Source: the human T2T-CHM13v2.0 reference genome, Homo sapiens
DNA: 64,000 nucleotides
Assembly (NCBI RefSeq): GCF_009914755.1
Contig: NC_060941.1
Direction: 5' to 3' (one strand)
Part shown: in pieces, positions 34,848 to 48,145 of the stretch
Position numbering within the stretch: the first letter of the stretch is position 1
How the letters are laid out: each line of letters begins with the position of its first letter
Notes under the pieces: model-generated
The model's input: only the letters and a program-made list of their open reading frames with translations
What the model was told of the DNA's origin: nothing
Database searches by the model: none
Position numbers and translations under genes: made by a program

Positions 34848-35844
34848 TGTAGGGACCAGCCCCACAGGGTCGGTGGGTCTCTCCCCATCTGCGGAGATGA
34901 GAGAGTGTAGAAATAAAGACAGAAGACAGAGATAAAAGAAAAGACAGCTGGGCCCGGGGGACCACTACCACCAAGATGCGGAGACCGGTAGTGGCCCCGA
35001 ATGCCAGGCTGCACTGATATTTATTGGATACAAGACAAAGGGGCAGGATAAGGAGAGTGAGCCATCTCCAATGATAGGTAAGCCCATGTGGGTCACATGT
35101 CCACTGGACAGGGGGCCCTTCCCTGCCTGGCAGCCGAGGCAGAGAGAGAGAGGGAGAGAGAGAGGCAGCTTACACCATTATTTCTGCATATCAGAGACTT
35201 TTAGTACTTTCACTAATTTTGCTACTGTTATCTAAAAGGCAGAGCCAGGTGTACAGGATGGAACGTGAAGGCAGACTAGGAGCGTGACCACTGAAGCACA
35301 GCATCACAGGGAGATGGTTAGGCCTCCCGATAACTGCGGGTGAGCCTGACTAATGTCAGGCCCTCCACAAGAGGTGGAGGAGTAGAGTCTTCTCTAAACT
35401 CCCCCGGGGAAAGGGAGACTCCCTTTCCTGGTCTGCTAAGTAGCGGGTGTTTTTCCTTGACACTTAGACTACCGCTAGACCACGGTCCGCCTGGCAACGG
35501 GCGTCTTCCCAGATGCTGGCATTACCGCTAGACCAAGGAGCCCTCTGGTGGCCCTGTCTGGGCATAACAGAAGGCTCGCACTCTTGTCTTCTGGTCACTC
35601 CTCACTATGTCCCCTCAGCTCCTATCTCTGTATGGCCTGGTTTTTCCTAGGCTATGATTATAGAGTGAGGATTATTATAATATTGGAATAAAGAATAAGT
35701 ACTACTAATGATTAATTATATTCATATATAATCATATCTAAGATCTATATCCGGTATAACTATTCTTGTTTTATATTTTATTATACTGGAACAGCTCGTG
35801 TCCTTGGTCTCTTGCCTCGGCACCTGGGTGGCTTGCCACCCACA
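34848..35844 (-). mobile_element. LTR13 solo LTR (ERVK/HML-4 family), full length, 997 bp
   Basis: Reverse complement starts TGTGGGTGGCAAGCCACCCAGGTGCCGAGGCAAGAGACC and ends GGGGCTGGTCCCTACA; TSD GTAGGC/GTAGGT. Confidence 0.9.
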
Positions 35845-36713
35845 GTAGGTAGGCTAATCAATTTGCCCTTGGGAAGATGATGTAAGTCAGCAAAAGAATT
35901 CCTAATTTAAAATGTAGCTGTTAAGGGTGATATGTGAGCATGTTTAAGCAATGTGACAAATGCTTTACCTGCATCATTTTATTTAATCCTCAGAAGTGTC
36001 CTATGAAATAGCTCCATTTTGCAGATGAGGTTTATATTTTTCAGAAAGGTCAGTCACTTGCCCAACATTGCTAGTCAGTGTTACACAGCTAGCAAAGTGT
36101 TGGAGATAAACTGTAGACTCCAGAGCCCATGCTCTTAATCACTCCATAGACATTCAGGCCATTTGGAGGTAGGCTTCTCAATATCAATTATGTCTTAATT
36201 GAGGGTATTTGTTTTCCAATTTATCTGAAAGGAGCTCAAGAAAATTAAAAAGAAGACTGGATGCAACCTCATTAACAGATGAAGCTCTTGTCTGGAAATA
36301 TACTTTCAACACTGACAGTTATAATCAAATGCCTTTTAATAAGTAATTGTGCTGAGTGATGTACCTTCAAGCGAAATCAAGCAAACAGGCAGAATCCATG
36401 TCCTCTAGAGATGGACCCTTGTGACTGACTATGCCAAAGACATGGATGTTTGAACAATGAACCAATAACGAGTGTGTTGAAAGGCAAGATAAAATACAGC
36501 ATTTACCTGGTATCAAAGCATTGGACTTTTCCACTCCACCAGAGTGGGCCTGGCAGGAAAAGGAGGAAGGCATCCTGGAAGGAATGGGACACAAAAGTGA
36601 AGAAAACACAGATGATGGATGCTGCTTTGGGTTTAACTTGAAAGACCAAAGATAGGTGGGTCTGAAGCATGGGACTGATGCCAAGCCAAGTCTTATTTGG
36701 TTTCCTGCCCAGG

Positions 36714-36802
36714 ACTCACCAATCAGAGATTGGTGAGAGACTCTGTCTAACTCACCAATCAGAGATTGGTGAGAGACTCTGTCTAACTCACCAATCAGAG
36801 AT
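36714..36802. repeat. 36-bp tandem repeat x2.5 with an internal palindrome and 5 CCAAT boxes
   Basis: Unit ACTCACCAATCAGAGATTGGTGAGAGACTCTGTCTA; copies are identical. Confidence 0.95.
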
Positions 36803-37429
36803 GGGGCCCCTGTTCCCACCCAATGTCAGTCATTTAACACACACTTTATCTTCTACCCAGCAGGCCTGCCCATTTGCCCTGGGTGTTCTGCTGTTCTGGA
36901 ACTCAGAGAGAGGCTGTGTCACTAGGCATAAAGATGGATCCTCTTATCTCCTGGCGAAAGCACTTTGCCCTGACCTCCTCCCCTGCACAGTTGAGGAGGC
37001 ATGAAGCCTGTATTGTGAGGGTAGAGCTCCTTCCTGGCATTCTAGAGGAAAATTCCATCAGTGCCTTCTAGATACCAATCTGTCCTCTTGGCCTTATCCA
37101 ATCTATTTAATACATTGTATTCAATCTGTAATATCCCAACAGTAAATTCACTGCCAACAACTCTGTTCTTTGGCTTATGATTTGCTGCAGTATGTGTCAT
37201 CATGAAGCTCTGTCCTCAAGCTCAGAGAGGTGTACAGAAGCCACTTCCCTTATAATTTATTTTATTTGATGTGTGGGTGGGAAGGGGGAGACTAAACCTC
37301 CTTATTCGCATCCTCCCTGGAATATTTCTTCATTATCTGCCAATGAACAAGGAGTGTGTCTTTCCTATCTCCCTCTTCCAACATTTATATATCACTGACC
37401 ACACGCCAGGCACAATTCTAAGTGTTTTC

Positions 37430-37432
<3 letters not shown>

Positions 37433-37480
<48 letters not shown>

Positions 37481-37597
37481 GTATACATGTATACGTGTAT
37501 ATATGTATACATGTATATACATATACACGTATATGTATATGTATATACATAAAAATATATGTATATACATAAAATATATATATATACATATATATGT
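37433..37597. repeat. (AT)22 plus compound AT/GT/AC microsatellite
   Basis: Directly visible; lies at an Alu tail. Confidence 0.95.
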
Positions 37598-38256
37598 ATT
37601 TTTTTTTGAGACAAGTTCTTGCTCTGTCACCCAGTCTGGAGTGTAGTGGCACAATCACAGCTCACTGCAGCTTTGACCTCCTAGGCTCAAGTGATCGCCC
37701 ACCTCAGCCTCCCAGGTAGCTGGGACTATAGGTGCATGCCATTATGCCCGGCTAATGAATCTTTTTTTTTTTTTTTTTGAGATGGAGTATTTCTGTGTTG
37801 CCCAGGCTGGAGTGCAGTGGCATGATCTCAGCTCACTGCAACCTCCACCTCCCAGGTTGAAGTGATTCTCGTGCCTCAGCCTCCCAAGTAGCTGGGATTA
37901 CAGGTGCCCACCACCATGCCTGGCTAATTTTTGTATTTTTAGTAGAGATAGGGTTTCACCATGTTGGTCAGGGTGGTCTCGAACTCCTGACCTCAGGGAT
38001 CCACCCACCTCATCCTCCCAAGTGCTGGGATTACAGGCGTGAGCCACTGTGCCCAGCCTTTCCTATTATATTAACTAATTTAATTTTCATAACAATCTCA
38101 TGAGGTATGTCCTATTGTTATTCCCATTTGGCAGATGAGGCAAAGAGAAGTTAAATAATCTGTCCAGTGATGCACAGCTAGTAATTGGCACAACTGATGT
38201 TCAGATCTAGCAGGCAGACTCCAGCATCCTTAGTCTTTGTTGTTGTTGTTGTTTAA

Positions 38257-38397
<141 letters not shown>

Positions 38398-39108
38398 TAA
38401 TTTTTTTTGTTTTCTTTTTTTTGGAGACAGAGTCTCGCTTAATCCCCCAGGCTGGAGTGCAGTGATGCGATCTCGGCTCACTGAAACCTCCGCCTCCCGC
38501 GTTCAAGAGATTCTCATGCTTCAGCCTCACAAATAGCTGGGATTACAGGCGCCTGCCACCACACCCGGCTAAGTTTTGTATTTTTAGTGAAGACAGGATT
38601 TTGCCATGTTGGCCAGGCTGGTCTCAAACTCCTGGCCTCAGGTGATCTGCCCACCTTGGCCTCCCAAAGTGTTGGGATTACAGGCGTGAGCCACGGCGGC
38701 TTAATTCTTTAAAATTTTTTGTAGAGACAGGGTCTCCTTGTGTTATTCAGGCAGGTCTCGAACTCCTGGGCTCAAGCAATCCTCTCATCCCCAGCCAAGC
38801 TTCCCTGCTTTAACCAGCGACCTGTGCTGTCTCCAGGAGAACATCAGAGTGACACCTAGTGGACGTTTGTTAACATCATAAGGAGGGAATAAAGTTCAAG
38901 GCAAGTCAGGGAGCCAGACTGGCAGAAGTATAGATGATCAGGAGATGGCTGCGGACTGTAGAAAGAAACTTACATTGCAGGGGAGGCAAACCCTGGCATA
39001 CCAGACTCCCTCTCCCCAACTTTAGCAAGTGCTGGCCTCAGTTTGTACCAAACCATATCCATTGCTCACTGAAAGTGCTTGATATTGCCTCTTTTCTGCA
39101 GCTCTTGA

Positions 39109-39465
<357 letters not shown>

Positions 39466-40685
39466 TGAGTGCAATGGTGCCATCATAGCTCACTGCAGCC
39501 TCCAACTCCTGGTCTCCAGTGATCCTCCCACCTCAGCCTCCCAACTGGGACTACAGGTGCATGCCACCACGCCCAGCTAATTTGTTTATTTTTTGTAGAG
39601 ATGGGGTTTCAATGTTTCTCAGGCTGGTCTTGCACTCCTGGCCTCAAGAGATCCTCCCACCGCAGCTACCCCAAGCTTTGGGATTATAGGTGTTGAACCA
39701 CCATACCTGGCTGGATATGGATTTTTAAGTAAGTTTTATTTACAAAGGAGTTCTTTGCAATATTGTATCTGTGATGTCCCTCTAAATAAATGCTTTTTCC
39801 AAGCCCCTGCCTACCAGACATTACCCAGTACACATCTACAACCCCACGAAGACCTTGTTACTGCTCACCCTCCTGGAGAAGCCCCAATGAGTCAACATTG
39901 TCATTAACTGGCAACGCTGATTGAGAGCTCTTAGGGATCTAGATTCTTCACAAAGCTGCATGGTGCAAGCAGTGCCCTAAAGAATTTGCCCCTCTGTAAA
40001 AGGCTTTTGTCCTCTGTGCTCTGATATTTGTGTAACTTGTTTTTTGTTTGTTTGTTTTTTAGGAAAAAGATTTACAATTCATTACATTATTCACATAAAA
40101 TACATTATTTTATGAGCTCCTCCAAACAATTTCATAAGAGATCACAGCCTTCACTTGGTAGAGAGGAAACTGAGGCACAACTAGGTGACATGAGTTGCCT
40201 AGAGTCATGCACTAGGAATGGCAGAGCAAAGCTCAGCCTCAGCCATGCCGTCTGTGCCAGGTCATTGCGTCTCTGTGGGCCTTGCTTTTTTTTTTTTATC
40301 TACAGAGTAACGGGATTGGAATAGGAGCTCTGTCAGGGTTCTTCCAACTCAAACATTTTGTAACACTAAAATTCTGAGGGCTACTTTTCCCTGAAAGATC
40401 AGGTAACCAAGCCTCCTGAATTTCACATTTCCACTCATTGAGGTGTGGGGGGAGGAGGGAGATGAAAGCACCTTATTTACATCTACCCAGGAACGCGACT
40501 TCATTATCTCTCAGTGAACAAGGAGTATGTCTTTCCCATCTCCCTCTTTTTCCTAACACGGACAGGGATAGAGTTGTTTTTGAAAGGGCTTTCTCCCCTG
40601 TGCTCCTTATGGACATCAAATAACTAAGATGGTGAAATTCTGCAGTAAACACAACAACATATTTGCCTCAAAACCTGTGGATTAG

Positions 40686-41023
<338 letters not shown>

Positions 41024-42241
41024 TTAGTGACTTTTTAATATAATAATGATAGCTGAGATCAGTAGAGCACACGCTCTGAGTCTGGCACTGTACCAAATGC
41101 TTGACAAGTATTATAGTATTTATTACTCACAACCATCTCAAGAGGAAGGTATTATCATCATTATTTCCATGCTACAGAAGAAGGAACAGTGGCTGAGGGA
41201 AGTAAAAATAAAAGCACTTAGTCGAGATCACAGAGCTATTATGTGGAGCCTAGATTCAAACCCAGGAAATTTGCCAGCAACTCTTAACTGCTGCAAGAGA
41301 CCACATGACTTCTCCTAGGAGAAAGGGAAGTTGGTATTACGCACATTTCATTCCCTTTAAGTGTTTATTGTGTAATATTTAAGATAGAAAAAATGTACAT
41401 TATGCACAGATAGTGCTTCCTCATTAATTTATGTATTTTATATTTCCCACTGTGTGCCAAGTATTAGGGATGTGATATATATTCGCACGCGTATGTATAT
41501 ATATATATTTGCCATTGTGTACCAAACATTAAGCATGTAACAACAAATTCCTCCAGATGGAGAGGGTCACGAGAAAATTAAGGCAATGTTAGAAAAATCA
41601 TCTAGAGTTTATTATCGAGTGCCACCTCCGTGTCTAGCATTACGCTGGGTAAGCCTGAGTAAAGAAGAGTGTCCGAAAACCCTGCCATAAAATAAACTAC
41701 ATAGACAGAAAAAAAGTCACTTAGTTTGGTTATAAAGAAAGGAGTCTTGTTCACACAGCGTAAAAACGAATCTTATAATCGTATTTTATAAGCATCAGAG
41801 GCAAAAGCAACTAGGGTGACGGGCTTTGGGGAGTGGAAAGCGCCGGATCCTGGGAGCCAGTCGCCCTACTCGATCAAGCATTTTCTGACGGCCCTATCCA
41901 ATAACGTGGGGACGCAGCTGAAAACCATGCAAGCTGATCGCTGCCCTCCCGGAGTTTATGGTCTGGTGAGAAGATCCCTGCTCTGAGTCACTGCCAAGCT
42001 CTAGCTATGTGACTTTGAACAGGGAATTTCTGTCCCTATCTATAAAATAAACGGGGTTAAACCAGGGAATCCGCCATTCAAATTCCTGGCCCAAGTGTCT
42101 CCGGGGTCGCGGTGCCCAAAGGAGGGTGGGCGAGGCTCCCTGGGCCTGCGCTGCGGCGGCCTGACAGCGGGAGCGCTGTTCCGGCGCAGAGCGCGTTCGC
42201 GTTCCGAAAGCGCGTGTCCCTCGCCGCGTGCCGTCGTCCCC

Positions 42242-42265
42242 GCCGCCGCCGCCGCCGCCGCCGCC
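42242..42265 (+). repeat. (GCC)8 trinucleotide repeat in the RHOT1 5' region
   Basis: Counted directly. Confidence 0.95.
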
Positions 42266-42456
42266 ACAGCCCGCTGGGCCGGAGGAGGCGGAGCTGGCGC
42301 TGTCCCGGCTCTCTTGCGGGGAAGCAACTGAGGGGGCGGCGCGGCGGGCCCCGGCGGCCGAAGAGGCTGGCAGGTGGCGCCGTGGGGTGGGTGCTCCTGG
42401 TGAGAGGAGTCCACTCCGTGCGTGCGGGCGGAGGCCGGCCCCCGAGAGCCGCCGAC

Positions 42457-42493
42457 ATGAAGAAAGACGTGCGGATCCTGCTGGTGGGAGAAC
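42457..42493 (+). CDS. RHOT1: RHOT1 (mitochondrial Rho GTPase 1, Miro1) first coding exon; intron 1 runs past the window end
   Basis: gccgacATG AAG AAA GAC GTG CGG ATC CTG CTG GTG GGA GAA C|GTGAGT = MKKDVRILLVGE(P), the Miro1 N-terminus, with a phase-1 donor. Exon 2 (RVGKTSL...) is not seen in the window. Confidence 0.96.
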
Positions 42494-44392
42494 GTGAGTC
42501 CGCACCCTCTGGCCGGCCCCTGAGTCCCTGCCCTCCCTGCCCCTGCAGCCCCTGTCGCCCCTGTCGCCCCTGCAGCCCCAACCTTTGCAGCCCCGGCCCT
42601 TCTCGCGCCTCACAGCTCCGCTCGCCTTTCTCCGCGTTCCTAGGCCTTCCAGCCCCTTCACTCTTCTCTTTTGGCTGGCCGCCGGCGGCCCTCACCCTGT
42701 CACCTCACCTGGGCCCTCCAGAGATCTCCTTTCCCTGTTCCCCAGCCGTCCTCCCAAGCCATGTCCCTATTAGCCCTAACCGCCCGACCTCATCCCTCCG
42801 AAGCTTCTCTCCTCCTTTTCCTCTTCGAACCCTGTCCTTCTGGGCCTCACAGTTTCCCAGGCCGCCTCCTTTCAGACCTTCTTGTCTTCTGGAGATTCCC
42901 TTATCACTGCCAGGCAGGTGCTGGAATAAGCAGACTGACCAATAGGGATTGCGTGAACCGGCTCCCGGGGAAGCTGGGGGAGGGGTGCAGAACTATTCGA
43001 CTTGTGGGCAAGGTCAGGTTTCTGCATTTTTTTGGCACTCGCAGTCTTCACTCTCTCTATGTATTGACATTAAGATATGAGTAGTGGAAAGGGCCGGATC
43101 CTTTTTAGCAGTACTTGTACTTTGCATTGGACTAACTCCTCGTACTCGAGATATTTCATCAAAAATTTTTACTCAACTTCGAGTTATGCAAGCGCTCAAT
43201 GAATTAGAATTATCTGGGGAGGGTCCAATTGTTGTTACCCTAAAGCGTAATCTTTGCCCTCTTTTTAAGCATTATTTATTCCATAGTTACTTCGTAGTTA
43301 ACTTATTAATAACCACAGGCACACAGACATTTGATATCTCCCCCCACCCAGAAATTTCATACATTTCACCTTTTGAAAATATAATAAAGGAGAGTTCCCT
43401 CTGTTCACTGACATGAGGACGCAACAGCGGGGACTTCTTGATTTCACTCTGCAAGTTATGTAACTCAGTTGCTAGGACTAAAATAAGAAAGTGGGCCAGG
43501 GATAACTGGATTGTTTGTTTTAAAGAGTTAATACATTCGTTAATAGTCTGCCATTGCTGTTTCGAAGCATTCTGTTTTAAACCATTATTTCATTCTTGGT
43601 AACCCCTCAGGGTCACCGTGATGGAATCCCAAGGAAGAAAGTTAACACGTTTTTACCCTCTTCTGTAGTGTTCTTTGAGTTCATTGAAATTTCATCCACC
43701 TGCTGTTTGGAGAAATCTTCCTTTAGAATTAGAATTTAGGAGTAAGCTTAGCCAGCCATAGTTTACTTTTTGATTTGCAGTTGTAAATTTTTATTTTTAT
43801 TTATAACTATATCTTAATCTGTATTTTTCATGGACTTCCTTGACAAGGTTCAGGAAGGTGTTATTTAACATATAATTCATGCTTATGCTTTTGGAGCAAG
43901 GTAGGGAAAGTGAGTAGACGACTTGCTTAAAAAACTGATCCTTAAATATATGATGAAATAGTTTGTTGTTGTTGTTGTTTTGAGACAGAGTCTCGCTCTG
44001 TCACCGAGGCTGGAGTGCAGTGCCTGGGATTACAGGCACTGTGGCTCATGCCTGTAATCCCAGCACTTTGGGAGGCCAAGGCAGGCAGATCACTTGAGGT
44101 CAGGAGTTCGAGACGAGCCTGGCCAACATGGTGAAACCCCGTCTCTACTAAAAATACGAAAATTAGCCGGGTGTGGTGGCACACACCTGTAGTCCCAGCT
44201 ACTCTGGAGGCTGAAGCAGGAGAATCACTTGAACCCTGGAGGAGGAGGTTGCAGTGAGCTGAGACATGCCAGCCTGGGCAGCAGAGCAAGACTCTGTCTG
44301 AAAAAAAACCTTTAATAATGCTCCCACACAGCTGGGTGAGGTGGCTTATACCTGTATTCCAAGCACTCTGGGAGGCTGAGGCAGGAGGATCA

Positions 44393-44611
<219 letters not shown>

Positions 44612-44642
44612 CTAGGCATGGTGGTGTGCACCTGTAGTCCTA

Positions 44643-44918
<276 letters not shown>

Positions 44919-44957
44919 TCAGCTGTGGCAGCACGCACCTGTAATCCCAGCTACTCA

Positions 44958-45128
<171 letters not shown>

Positions 45129-45489
45129 TTAAATTAAATTGAGATATATTTGTTTTCTACTAGTTAAGTTCCTTAAGAAAATGGAACTGTTATCTTCTTT
45201 TAAAATGAATCTGGCAGATCTTTAACTGGTTTGTCTAACTCTGATTATCATGGCAACCTCTGCCAAACTACTTCAAAATTCCACTGGCTTTGGCCTTGAC
45301 TTTTGCAATATCTCCCTTAACCAGTCTTTCTGCTCCTGCTTTCCTCCATTTTCCGTGGAGCAGGCAGATTCATTTTTATTTTTTTATTTTTAATTTTTTT
45401 ACCCTGAAGTATAGATTCAAGCTGTCCTGAATATATACAGATTCATATTTAGAAAATATCTCAGATTCTGCTATGCACCTTAAAAATCA

Positions 45490-45630
<141 letters not shown>

Positions 45631-46180
45631 TTAGCTGGGTGAAGTGGCGTGCACCTGCAGTTCCAGCTACTTGAGAGGCTGAGGTGGGAGAATCACCTGA
45701 GCCCAGGAGTTCGGGGCTGCTGTGGGTCATGACTGCACCCCTGCACTCCAGCCTGGTTGACAGGGTGAGAATCTGTCTCAGAAAATAGATGTATATCATC
45801 CAGTGATTTCTACTTTCACTTAGAATAAAGTCCAAACTTTTTAATGCAGTCCTGTAAGGCCCTCCACAATCTAGCCCTTACTTCCCTTTTATGCTACTCT
45901 CTCCTTCATTGCTCTCTCTATAAGAAGGCTCTGACCTGGGCATTATCCCCATAACCATGTATATTTGTACATTTTTTGTCCTGTCTCTTGGGCTAGAAAA
46001 GAATCATCATGAAGGCAGGGGATTTGTCTTCCTTCTTGCTGTATCCCCAGTGGCTAGAACAGACCTGGCACAAAAGAGGCACTCAGGTATTTCTTAAAAG
46101 AATGAATGAGTTCAAGCTAGTTCAGTTTGTTTAGACTTTCCTTGTTTTCCAAACCACTCCTCTTTGTCATAAAAATTTGA

Positions 46181-46402
<222 letters not shown>

Positions 46403-46790
46403 TAGTAGAGATGGGGTTTCACCATGTTAGGCAGGATGGTCTCGATCTCCTGACTTCATGATCTGCCTTCCTCGGCCTCCCAAAGTGCTGGGATTACAGG
46501 AGTGAGCCACCGCGCCCGGCCTATTATTATTTTTTTGAGACAGGGTCTTGCTCTGTCGCCCAGGCTGGAGTACAGTGGTGCCATCTTGGCTCACTGTAAC
46601 CTCAGCCTCCCAAGTAGCTGGGATGACAGGCATGCACCACCATGTCTGGCTAATTTTTGTAAATTTTTTTTTTTTTTTTTTTTTTTTTTAGTAGAGAGGG
46701 TTTCACTGTGTTGGCCAGGCTGGTCTGGAACTGCTGACCTCAAGTGATCCACCCACCTCGGCCTCCCAAATACTGGGATTATAGGTGTGA

Positions 46791-47027
<237 letters not shown>

Positions 47028-47649
47028 TGAACTCCTGACCTCAAATGATCCACCCACCTTGGCCTCCTGAAGTGCTGGGATCACAGTCATGCACCACTAT
47101 GCCTGGCCTAAGATCATTTTAAAACCATATTGCTAATCCCAGCACTTGAGAGGTTAAGGCGGGAGACTTGCTTGACCCCAGGAGTTTGAGATTGGCCTGG
47201 GCAACATAGTGAGACCCTGCCTCTACTTTTTTTTAACTATTAAAAAAAAAAAGCCATATTGCTTTCCATTCTGGTCTTTGTTGGAATGATATTTAAAGAT
47301 TAAACTGGCCGGGCGCGGTGGCTCACACCTGTAATCCCACACTTTGGGAGGCCAAGGTGGGTGGCTCAAAGGTCAAGAGTTCGACACCAGCCTGACTGAC
47401 ATGGTGAAACCCTGTCCCTACTAAACATACAAAATTTAGCTGGGCATGGTGGCGTGTGACTGTAATCCCAGCTACTCAGGAGGCTGAGGCAGGAGAATCA
47501 CTTGAACCCAGGAGGCGGAGGGTGCAGTGAGCGGAGATTGCGCACTGCACTCCAGCCTGGGCGATAGAGTGAGACTCCATTTCAAAAAAAAAAAAAAAGA
47601 TTAAACTGCTCCAGTTTCAATTACACTGTGTTTACTACCTGGGTAATAT

Positions 47650-48145
47650 TCTATGGCCAGGGATGTTCAAACACCCATTGAGGTGAACTGCATCTTTTCT
47701 GGGCCCACTTCTGATGCGTGTAGGCTTTAATGAAAATTGCTTAATAAGGGTGGGGCGCAGTGGCTCACGCCTGTAATCCCAGCACTTTGGGAGGCTGAGG
47801 CGGGCGGATCACAAGGTCAGGAGATCGAGACCATCCTGGCTAACACGGTGAAACCTCGTCTCTACTAAAAATACAAAAAATTAGCCAGGCGTGGTGGCAG
47901 GTGCCTGTAGTCCCAGTTACTCGGGAGGCCGAGCCAGAAGAATGGCATGAATCCGGGAGGCGGAGTTTGCAGTGAGCCGAAATCATGCCACTGCACCCCA
48001 GCCTGGGTGACAGAGTGAGACTCCCATCTCAAAAAACAAAAAAGAAAAAGAAAATTCCTTAATAAGTATTTAGTGCTTAGATAAAAGAAGTTAAGCTGTC
48101 TTTAAATGCAGAGAAAGTCAAAGTTCAAACATCCCTGGCCATAGA
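47650..48145. mobile_element. Short hAT-like MITE (about 180 bp) split by an AluY (about 47749-48049)
   Basis: Inverted termini TCTATGGCCAGGGATGTT / AACATCCCTGGCCATAGA; Alu TSD GAAAATT(G/C)CTTAATAAG. Confidence 0.6.

Larger units (their letters stand above)
41840..42980 (+). promoter_or_regulatory. RHOT1: RHOT1 CpG-island promoter and 5'UTR
   Basis: High GC and CpG density around exon 1; CCAAT 41898-41902, YY1-like CCGCCAT 42071-42077, ETS-like TTCCGG near 42179. The exact TSS cannot be read from the sequence. Confidence 0.9.

Noticed and set aside
36714-36802. 36-bp palindromic repeats as a CRISPR-like array
   Set aside because: Units are directly adjacent with no spacers, there are no cas genes, and the context is eukaryotic.
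42005-42695. 205-218 aa - strand ORFs over the CpG island
   Set aside because: Stop-poor GC-rich shadow frames with low-complexity G/R/A content and no recognisable domain.
42112-42945. 277-aa ORF containing MKKDVRILLVGE as a single-exon protein
   Set aside because: It reads through the GTGAGT donor into GC-rich intron; only 42457-42493 is established CDS.
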